Below, in pieces: positions 28,928 through 36,409 of a stretch of DNA of 64,000 nt (the first letter of the stretch is position 1; the number at the start of each line of letters is the position of its first letter). The stretch is from contig DATCAT010000014.1 in the NCBI GenBank assembly GCA_036512455.1, forward strand, positions 157,205-221,204, written 5' to 3'. Origin of the DNA: Rhizomicrobium sp. (GTDB taxonomy: Bacteria > Pseudomonadota > Alphaproteobacteria > Micropepsales > Micropepsaceae). The translations under genes were made by a program, and so were the position numbers. Below the pieces are notes generated by a model. It was not told where the DNA came from, ran no database searches, and saw nothing but the letters and a program-made list of their open reading frames with translations.

Positions 28928-29788
28928 GTGACGCGGGACGCAGCGACGGCAGAGAGTCCGAGGCGGCGGTACGACCTGACGTCCGCAGCCGCCGACTATG
29001 CGCCCTGGCAGGGCGCGCCGCTGCGAACGCTCGTGATCTGCACACAGCAGAGGTCCGGCAGCACGCTGCTGGGCGAGGCGATGTATTTCGCCGGCGGCAT
29101 GGGATGTCCGTTGGAGTATTTCCATTCCGGCTTCCGCCCGGACTTCGAAGCGCGCTTTCAGCCGGCGGACATTCACGCCTACGCCGCCACGCTGCACGAA
29201 CTTCGAACCGACACGAGCGGCGTGTTTTCCGTCAAACTGTTTTGGCAGGACGCCATCGACCTGGTTCGCGAAATCGCGCCGTCCGAATTTCATTGGCGGC
29301 GCAACGGCCATGCCATGCAACTCGATCCCGATGCCCATCGCCGCATCTTCGCGATCCTTGCGAATCTGGTGCCGAACCCCACGCTCGTTTTCCTCCGCCG
29401 CCGCGACACGATTCGTCAGGCTGTTTCCTTGTTCATGGCCGGAAGGAGCCGCCAATGGCGTCAGCTTTCGCCAGGCAAAGGCTCCGGCGCCAGGGCGACG
29501 GTGGCCTATGACTTCCATCGAATATTCCGCTTTCTTTCCACGATACAAAGAACCAACACGCATTGGACGAACTTCTTCGGCGCCAATGGCCTGGCGCATT
29601 ACGAGATGGTCTACGAAGATCTCGAAAGCGACTATCAAGGCACGCTGCGGCGGTTCTTCGATGCCCTCGGCCGGCAGGATGCCGCGATCGCGGCGCCGCG
29701 ATTGCACAAGCAGTCCGATATCCACTCCGAGGAGCAGTTGCAGCGCTTCCTGTCCGAATTCCGCCACAGGTCGGGTCGGGAAGCCTGA
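28928..29788 (+). CDS. Stf0-family sulfotransferase
   Basis: ICTQQRSGSTLL, PLEYFH, VFSVKLFW, LRRRDTIRQAVS, MVYEDL. Confidence 0.85.
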   Translation: MTRDAATAESPRRRYDLTSAAADYAPWQGAPLRTLVICTQQRSGSTLLGEAMYFAGGMGCPLEYFHSGFRPDFEARFQPADIHAYAATLHELRTDTSGVFSVKLFWQDAIDLVREIAPSEFHWRRNGHAMQLDPDAHRRIFAILANLVPNPTLVFLRRRDTIRQAVSLFMAGRSRQWRQLSPGKGSGARATVAYDFHRIFRFLSTIQRTNTHWTNFFGANGLAHYEMVYEDLESDYQGTLRRFFDALGRQDAAIAAPRLHKQSDIHSEEQLQRFLSEFRHRSGREA

Positions 29789-29808
29789 GCGGATCCTGAA
29801 CGCCCTGC

Positions 29809-31719
29809 TCAGCGATTGCCCCGCCGGAACCATTCGATGTAGCGGGCCTGGATGAAATACACGACGGCCTGACGCGTGTCGTATTCGGAGCCGGAATTGT
29901 GGTCGTCGGCCCGCCGCCGCGTCAGCATCTTGCGCATGCGCGGAAAATCGAAGCGGTGCGAGAGTTTGCCGTCGCCTTCCATGCGATCGATCTCGGCCAG
30001 AATTTGCGGCTCGATGCTCTTGGCCATGGCCAGAAAATCGGGCTTGAGATCGTCATTGCCCCGGCCGCGCGTTTGATATTCGGGCGGATACAGGTCTTTG
30101 AGCGCCTGGCGCGCGAGGTAACGTTCGCGGCCGCCCTTGACCCAGAGATCCTCCGGAATAGCGAGCGCCAGTTCGATCACCCGCTTGTCGTGAAAGGGCT
30201 GGGTGAATTCGAGGCCGCAGGCGGCCGGAATGCGCGAGCCGGCAAGGGCGCGGCCGTTCTGGTGGCTTTCCAGCGCCCTTGTCATGCGCGCGCGTCTTTG
30301 CGCGCCGCTGACGGGCTTTGACGCGCGGGCCTCGATGCCGGCGGAGGCCTGCACCTTCACCAGCGGCCAGGTCGAACCGAACAGCGCCAGGCCGTGGCGG
30401 TGACGCATTCTCACGCGATTGATTTGCTGCGGCAGCAGGTTCGCCACCACTTCGGCCCAGGCAATTCGCCAGACGCCCGCGCCGCTGTGGCGCCGATAAG
30501 CGCGGAACTCGGAAACGAATTCGCGCAGGCGGCCCTGGCGCAGCAGACTGTAGAGCCACGGATGGTTTCTCGGATTGAGCGTGTAGTCGCCGCCATGACC
30601 GTCCATGATGACCTTGGCGCCCGCGGCCGCCGCCGTCGCATGGATGTCGTCGGTGATATAGCCGCCCGCGCTCGTGGGACCCTCGCCGCCGAAGAACGAT
30701 TTCTCCATCGCCGTGAAAATGCTGCGTCCGGCGCCTGTGACATAGCGAACGTCGAGATGCGGCATGAACCTGGAGCAGATCTCGGCCCAGCGCCGGGCGT
30801 GGCGGATCGTGCCGCGATAGTCTTGCGGCATCGCCGAGCAGATGCAGATGAGTTTGCGGTTCTGCGCCGCAACAATGGGGCCGGCGAGGGCGGCGATGGC
30901 GGTGGAATCGAAACCGCCGCCGAAGAACAGCGCTCCGGGCTGGGTGGTGCGCCGCAAGCGGCAGGCCACCGCTTCGCCCAGCACGCGGCGATAGGCGGCG
31001 ACATAATAGGCTTCGTCCTGGCCTTGGTGACGCGGATCCGCCCTCGGTTGCCAATAGCGCCGCACGCTTGTGGCGCCGTCGGCGGCGACCGTCATCACGG
31101 TGCCGCCGGAAATCGCCGATATGCCGTCGAACGGTGTCACTGCAATTTCCACATTGCGGTTGAGCAGTTTAGCCGAGCCGAGCATGTCGTCCAGCAGCAC
31201 ACGCGGAACGTCGCCGAGCGCCCACAATCCCTTGATCTCCGTCGCGAAAGCGAAAAAGCCTTCGGCGCGATGAAAGGCGATGCGACGCTGGCCCATGTGA
31301 TCGCGTGCCAGGACAAGTTTTCCGGCGCGCGCGTCCCAGATGGCGAACGCGAAATCGCCAAGCAGGCGATCGACGCAGTCCTCGCCCCATCGCGCGTAGG
31401 CGCGCAGCAGGAGCGCACTGTCGGCCATGTCGCGCAGCGTCTCGGTGTCGATGCCGAGCGCCTTCGCAAGCTCCTCGCGGTTGTCGAGCCGAAGATCGGC
31501 GACCAGCGTCAGGGCGCCGGCCTCGTCGCGCAGCGGCTGGGCATCGAAGCGATCCTCCTGTGTGACGCGCATGAGCAGGTGGGCGAGGCCGACGGGGCCG
31601 TCATGCCAGGCGCGGCGGCGATCGGGGCCGAGATGACCCATCGCGTTCATCTGCCGTTCGAGATCGCGCGCGGCGACGGCCGCGCCATCGAAGCGCAGGA
31701 TTCCGCAGATGCCGCTCAC
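29809..31719 (-). CDS. Asparagine-synthase-like lasso cyclase (C protein)
   Basis: Starts MSGICG (Ser replaces the catalytic Cys), ARDHMGQR, PP-loop variant GGGFDS, MDGHGGD, QPFHDKRVIE. Lies downstream of the precursor on the same strand. Confidence 0.85.
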   Translation of the reverse strand: MSGICGILRFDGAAVAARDLERQMNAMGHLGPDRRRAWHDGPVGLAHLLMRVTQEDRFDAQPLRDEAGALTLVADLRLDNREELAKALGIDTETLRDMADSALLLRAYARWGEDCVDRLLGDFAFAIWDARAGKLVLARDHMGQRRIAFHRAEGFFAFATEIKGLWALGDVPRVLLDDMLGSAKLLNRNVEIAVTPFDGISAISGGTVMTVAADGATSVRRYWQPRADPRHQGQDEAYYVAAYRRVLGEAVACRLRRTTQPGALFFGGGFDSTAIAALAGPIVAAQNRKLICICSAMPQDYRGTIRHARRWAEICSRFMPHLDVRYVTGAGRSIFTAMEKSFFGGEGPTSAGGYITDDIHATAAAAGAKVIMDGHGGDYTLNPRNHPWLYSLLRQGRLREFVSEFRAYRRHSGAGVWRIAWAEVVANLLPQQINRVRMRHRHGLALFGSTWPLVKVQASAGIEARASKPVSGAQRRARMTRALESHQNGRALAGSRIPAACGLEFTQPFHDKRVIELALAIPEDLWVKGGRERYLARQALKDLYPPEYQTRGRGNDDLKPDFLAMAKSIEPQILAEIDRMEGDGKLSHRFDFPRMRKMLTRRRADDHNSGSEYDTRQAVVYFIQARYIEWFRRGNR

Positions 31720-31885
31720 GGCGCCGCTTCGCGCAACGGGCCGGCGACACGGTCGCGTTCTAACAGCGTCGAAAGTCCGTGATGTGCGGATAAGGGCCGG
31801 CGCATCGTTTCGCTACCGGTTTCACCCTGCCAATGTCGTCCTGCGCGGCAAGCACATTTCCGCTGCGGGGGTCTGCAAACCGCCG

Positions 31886-32050
31886 CTAGCTTCCTGACTG
31901 GGCGGTATTGGGAGATGAGTTATGGTTTTCTGTAATGTCGGGGATGTCCTTGTTCGTCCCACTGGCTTCCGCCGTCACGATCACTTTCGGCGTTGACCAC
32001 GGCTTGCGCGCTGCAGCGCAACCCGATTCGGTGGACACTTTCTCAGACAT
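31886..32050 (-). CDS. Putative lasso/RiPP precursor, 54 aa: MSEKVSTESGCAAARKPWSTPKVIVTAEASGTN-KDIPDITENHNSSPNTAQSGS
   Basis: WxxPxV leader motif, Thr at -2, Glu at core position 8, C-terminal Ser. Located 166 bp upstream of the cyclase. Confidence 0.8.
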   Translation of the reverse strand: MSEKVSTESGCAAARKPWSTPKVIVTAEASGTNKDIPDITENHNSSPNTAQSGS

Positions 32051-32259
32051 GGCCGTCTTCCCCGCAGCACGACAACGCACATAAGTTGACACAAAGTAAT
32101 GGCGCAAATCAATCGCCTTCGGCGAACGCCGTCTTTATTGCGTGGAAATGGTTCAAAAACTATTGCCTGAGGCAGAGTTCCTTGGTAAATAAGATTAAGA
32201 CTAGCCACCTCGCTGCGGTGGTGGGCTCCTGACGCGGCGACTAATCCATGGGGTGATTG

Positions 32260-32778
32260 ATGACCAGTCCGTATCTCGGCGAAATCAAGCTTATGCCCTG
32301 GAGCTTCGCACCGCGAGGTTGGGCGTTTTGTGCTGGGCAAATACTGTCAATTCAGCAGAACACAGCGTTGTTCTCCCTGCTCGGTACAATCTACGGCGGT
32401 AACGGTCAGACGACGTTCGGTTTGCCGGATCTGCGCGGCCGCGTGCCGATCCATCGCGACCAGCAGGGTCAATATCCGCAAGGCGACATGGAAGGCGAGG
32501 AGCAGGAAACGCTCTCGCTGAGCGAGATGCCGGCGCACAATCATTCCTTCGTGGGTACGTCGGCGGCCGGCGGCGCGGGCTCGCCGACCGGTCTGACAAT
32601 TCTGGCCGCCCCGAATCTGCCGGCGAATGCTTACTACGGCCCCGACACGACGCCGACACCGATCGCGCCGACGAGCGTCAGTCCCGTCGGCGGCAATCAG
32701 CCTCACCAAAATATGCAGCCCTTCCTCACGATGAATTATTGCATCGCGCTGAACGGCATATTCCCGGCGCGCAACTAG
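32260..32778 (+). CDS. Phage tail-collar domain protein 1
   Basis: YLGEIKL..FAPRGWAFCAGQ, LFSLLGTIYGGNGQTTFGLPDLRGR; C-terminal HQNMQPFLTMNYCIALNGIFP. Confidence 0.92.
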   Translation: MTSPYLGEIKLMPWSFAPRGWAFCAGQILSIQQNTALFSLLGTIYGGNGQTTFGLPDLRGRVPIHRDQQGQYPQGDMEGEEQETLSLSEMPAHNHSFVGTSAAGGAGSPTGLTILAAPNLPANAYYGPDTTPTPIAPTSVSPVGGNQPHQNMQPFLTMNYCIALNGIFPARN

Positions 32779-32821
32779 ACGACGGCGGGACGCACAAACC
32801 AATTTACGGAGGACGGGCGGT

Positions 32822-33361
32822 ATGGTTACACCTTTTATCGGAGAGCTTCGGCCGTTTGCGGGCAACTTCGCGCCGAGAAACTGGGCGATGGCGAATGGGC
32901 AGCTTTTGAGCATCGCGCAGAACGCGGCGCTGTTCTCGCTGCTCGGCACCACCTATGGCGGCAACGGGGTCAACACGTTCGCCTTGCCAAATCTGCAAGG
33001 CACGCTGGCGATCAATCAAGGCCAGGGACCGGGGCTGACGTCGCGCACGTTGGGCGAGATCGGCGGAACCGAGAACGTGACGCTGCTGCAGGCGAACTTG
33101 CCAATCCACAACCATACGATGAACGCGACAACCCAGCCCGCGGTGGCGAATGCGCCGCCGGGAAACACTGTTCTGGGCGGCACGATCACGGCACCCGGCT
33201 CGCTCTATATCACGCCGGGTAGTCCGACGCCCGTTCCGGAAGTATTTCCGGCCAATGCCTGCGGCATCGCGGGCAGTAGCTTGCCGCATCCCAACATGAT
33301 GCCGGCGCTGGTGATCACCTACATCATCGCCTTGTCGGGCATTTTCCCCAGCCGCAATTGA
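32822..33361 (+). CDS. Phage tail-collar domain protein 2
   Basis: FIGELRPFAGNFAPRNW, YGGNGVNTFALPNLQG; C-terminal HPNMMP..YIIALSGIFPSRN. Confidence 0.92.
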   Translation: MVTPFIGELRPFAGNFAPRNWAMANGQLLSIAQNAALFSLLGTTYGGNGVNTFALPNLQGTLAINQGQGPGLTSRTLGEIGGTENVTLLQANLPIHNHTMNATTQPAVANAPPGNTVLGGTITAPGSLYITPGSPTPVPEVFPANACGIAGSSLPHPNMMPALVITYIIALSGIFPSRN

Positions 33362-33380
33362 AACACGAGGAAGACCGAAC

Positions 33381-33926
33381 ATGAGCAATATGTACATCGG
33401 AGAAATCCGGCCGTTTGGCTTCACCTTCGCACCCCAGAACTGGGCGTTTTGCGATGGCCAGCTGATGTCCATCGCCCAGAACTCGACGCTGTACGCGGTG
33501 ATCGGCACGACCTATGGCGGCGACGGACAGACCACCTTCGGGCTTCCCGATCTGCGCGGCCGCGCGACGATGCACCAGGGCACGGGTCCGGGGCTGACCC
33601 AGCGCGTGATCGGCCAATCCTTTGGAACGCCGAATGTGACGCTGATAGCCTCGCAAATGCCGGCCCATGTGCACACTTTGAACGCCGCCCAGCCCGCGCT
33701 GCACGGCGAAGGCTTGTTCACGGGCACGCCGGGTCCGACCGTGCTTTATTCCAACAGCGCGCCCGGCAAGGCTTGGCATGGCGAGGCGAGTCCGCCGCCC
33801 TATGTCAATTTCTCGAACAAAGCGATCTCGATCAATGGCGGGTCGCTGCCGCACGACAATCTGCAGCCGCTCCTGTCGGTCAATTTCTGCATTGCGCTCT
33901 TCGGGATTTTCCCGTCGCAGAACTAG
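33381..33926 (+). CDS. Phage tail-collar domain protein 3
   Basis: YIGEIRPFGFTFAPQNWAFCDGQ, YGGDGQTTFGLPDLRGR; C-terminal HDNLQP..NFCIALFGIFPSQN. Confidence 0.92.
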   Translation: MSNMYIGEIRPFGFTFAPQNWAFCDGQLMSIAQNSTLYAVIGTTYGGDGQTTFGLPDLRGRATMHQGTGPGLTQRVIGQSFGTPNVTLIASQMPAHVHTLNAAQPALHGEGLFTGTPGPTVLYSNSAPGKAWHGEASPPPYVNFSNKAISINGGSLPHDNLQPLLSVNFCIALFGIFPSQN

Positions 33927-33963
33927 CCGTTCGGGGAGGCGCTGACGAAACGGGGCGGCGGCC

Positions 33964-34482
33964 ATGTTCGCGTTGCCGTCCTCGCTTGTCTCTGAAGGCT
34001 TCTCGCTGCGGCCGGAGACTGAAGCGGATATTCCGTTCCTCGCCGGGCTCTTCGCCTCGACGCGCGCCGAGGAGATGGAGCGCATCGTTGAATGGACCGC
34101 CGAACAGAAGCAGGCGTTTCTGTTCGATCAGTTCCGGCTGCAGCGCCACCACTACTACACCCATTTCCCGAACTGCGAGTTCCTCGTCCTGGAACGCGGC
34201 GGCGTGGCCGGCGGGCGAATTTATCTCGACAGCACGCCCAATTCGCTCGATCTCATCGACATCTCGCTCCTTCCCCCATGGCGCGGCCGGGGCACGGGCA
34301 CGACGCTGCTGGACGCCGTCATCGCCGCCGCCCGCGCCGGCGGCCGGCGTGTCACGATTTTCGTCGAAAAGTTCAATCCGGCGCTGAACCTCTACCGCCG
34401 CTTGGGATTCCGCGAGATCGCCGATACCGGGCTCTATCTCGAAATGGAATGGCGCGCGGACGCCGCCGGGAACGTCAGTTGA
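33964..34482 (+). CDS. GNAT acetyltransferase
   Basis: DISLLPPWRGRGTGTTLL, NPALNLYRRLGF. Confidence 0.9.
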   Translation: MFALPSSLVSEGFSLRPETEADIPFLAGLFASTRAEEMERIVEWTAEQKQAFLFDQFRLQRHHYYTHFPNCEFLVLERGGVAGGRIYLDSTPNSLDLIDISLLPPWRGRGTGTTLLDAVIAAARAGGRRVTIFVEKFNPALNLYRRLGFREIADTGLYLEMEWRADAAGNVS

Positions 34483-34777
34483 ACGTGCAATCGTAGAATA
34501 CGCCGCGTTCGTCCTTGCCCGTCGGGACCAGGAACAGCGTCAGGCTGCCCAATGCCGCGTTCTGCAGGCGCCACAGACGCTGCTCGAGGATGCGCGGATC
34601 CTGGGCCAGGAACGTCAACGAAAAGGGCGGCCGGAGCGCCGGCCGCTGACCGCGGACCGCCAGCGCGTCGGCCGCCTTCAGGGTCAGCGAGATCGGCGGG
34701 ACATCGGTTTCGTCGACCATGAAGATCTGTCCGATCAGGCCGGTGAAGTCCTCCAGAACAAATTGCCGTTCCGTCAT
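34475..34777 (-). CDS. DUF6916-like protein
   Basis: 100 aa; RPPFSLTF, LEQRLWRL, LFLVP, YDCTFN. This family typically accompanies tail-collar triplets. Confidence 0.75.
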   Translation of the reverse strand: MTERQFVLEDFTGLIGQIFMVDETDVPPISLTLKAADALAVRGQRPALRPPFSLTFLAQDPRILEQRLWRLQNAALGSLTLFLVPTGKDERGVFYDCTFN

Positions 34778-34933
34778 GTGCGTCCCGATTTTCTTGGCGC
34801 CGTATTTTAGGTGGCAGAGGCGCCCATCTGCAAGACGGCCGCCTTGTCCTGCGGTCTAGCGCCTCAAGTTCGCCAAGACCGGCGGCTTTGTGCAACAGTT
34901 CGCCTTCCAGATTAGGCAAATGAGGAACGCGGA

Positions 34934-35086
34934 ATGTTTACTCTCATCGGGCTCGGCATCAACGTCATCGTCGCCGCCATGGTCATCGGGATCTACGCCA
35001 AACTCGACGATCTGTCGCGCGCGGTGAGCCGCTTGACGGCTCAGGGCGTCGCGCCGCCACAAGCGTCTTCGCCGCCGCAGGCGTAG
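34934..35086 (+). CDS. Small membrane protein, 50 aa (not in ORF track)
   Basis: GAGGA RBS at 34922; MFTLIGLGINVIVAAMVIGIYAKLDDLSRAVSRLTAQGVAPPQASSPPQA; one TM helix plus a short coiled segment. Confidence 0.55.
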   Translation: MFTLIGLGINVIVAAMVIGIYAKLDDLSRAVSRLTAQGVAPPQASSPPQA

Positions 35087-35103
35087 CGGGCGCCGATGCG
35101 CCT

Positions 35104-36324
35104 TCAGGTTTTTCCGGCGGTCTGCCCAAGCCGCAGGGCTTCCAGTCGGCGGTAGCTCTCGGCCAGATGACGGTCCACCGCGGTCCGCATCGCAGCCGTC
35201 GTCGCCCGCTGCTTGGAGATTGAATCGGGGGCGAATGTCTCGCTGGGGGATTTCGCGTTGTAGCGCGCTTTTTCCGCCATGACGTCGTGCTCGGATGCGC
35301 TGTAGGCGACGCCGAAATGCGGCAATATGGCCGTCGCCAGCGCCTCCGGCAGCTGGCGGTAATTGACCAGCAGCCCGTTGCCCTTGGGAAACGCCTCCAG
35401 CACGGCATCGCAGATCTTTGCCAGCACGCGCGCGCAATAGTCTTCGTCCGGCACGCCGCCCGGCAATTGCAGATCGTAAAACGGCGGCGGGAAAAATTCC
35501 GGGACCATCTGCGTGCCGCGTTGCCATGCCTGCGAGACCAGCACTTCGAGCGGGTCGCGATAGAGAAACACCCAGGGCACGGACGGGAAGGCTCGCCGGA
35601 ACCAGGGCAGCGCCAGCGTGTGCCAGCTGTCCAGCTTGACGAAATAGTGTCTCTCGCCGCCGCCGCGCATTTGGCCGAAGGCCGCGATCATCGCCGTCAG
35701 GAGCGCGGTATTCCTCTCATCGTTTCGGACGCGGCAGAGTTGCACAACGGCGTCGATCGGGCTTGCCTCGGAGACGACGATGTTCTGCGGCAGGGCGCCG
35801 AGCATCTGGGCAGCCAGCGTCGAGCCGCAGCGCGACATGTGAAAAATGAAGCCGCTCGGCTGCAACACCGGCAACTCATGCGACCATCGCGCGAGATCCG
35901 GCAGCGGCGTGCGGAAGCGAAACAGCCGGTTGAATGGCCGGCGCAAGATCTGCCGGATCGAGTCTTCATAGAACGGTTCGCTCAGGCGCCGGTCGCCGAA
36001 ATACGCCCAATCGACGGCAAGCCGATCGCCTTGCCCGAACATCTGGATCGGAAGCCAGCCCTTTTGCAGCGGTGAGGGGGCGGCCAGGGGTGCCGCCACG
36101 AGGCGCTCCAGGCCCAAGGGATCGGGGCGCAAGAACGGCGTCAAATCGTCCGCTGCCAGGGCGATGGCGCGGGCCCGCGCCGCAGCGACCGTCCGTTCGA
36201 CGAATTGCGCAATGTCGTCAATCGTCCCCAGGGCGGCTTGCAGTGCGCCGTCGTTCAGGACGAGGACGCGAAAGCGATCCAGCTCGTGTCTTGCGCCGTT
36301 CGCCCCGTCCGCCACCATTTGCAT
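35104..36324 (-). CDS. Sulfotransferase-like P-loop protein
   Basis: FIFHMSRCGSTLA, FVKLDSW, FLYRDPLEVLVS. Confidence 0.75.
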   Translation of the reverse strand: MQMVADGANGARHELDRFRVLVLNDGALQAALGTIDDIAQFVERTVAAARARAIALAADDLTPFLRPDPLGLERLVAAPLAAPSPLQKGWLPIQMFGQGDRLAVDWAYFGDRRLSEPFYEDSIRQILRRPFNRLFRFRTPLPDLARWSHELPVLQPSGFIFHMSRCGSTLAAQMLGALPQNIVVSEASPIDAVVQLCRVRNDERNTALLTAMIAAFGQMRGGGERHYFVKLDSWHTLALPWFRRAFPSVPWVFLYRDPLEVLVSQAWQRGTQMVPEFFPPPFYDLQLPGGVPDEDYCARVLAKICDAVLEAFPKGNGLLVNYRQLPEALATAILPHFGVAYSASEHDVMAEKARYNAKSPSETFAPDSISKQRATTAAMRTAVDRHLAESYRRLEALRLGQTAGKT

Positions 36325-36409
36325 CGTTCTCAGGGCCGCCTGCCGCGCAGCCTAAGGGCGAAGCAAAGCGCAGATCAATGGCGTGGCCGGGCCGATCCGG
36401 CCCCGGCCA

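Noticed and set aside
29809-31719. Housekeeping asparagine synthetase AsnB
   Set aside because: Lacks the N-terminal catalytic Cys and sits next to a precursor with RRE and B2 genes in the same cluster.
32260-33926. Prophage or tailocin
   Set aside because: No capsid, portal, terminase, sheath, baseplate, lysis or integrase genes nearby; composition is host-like.
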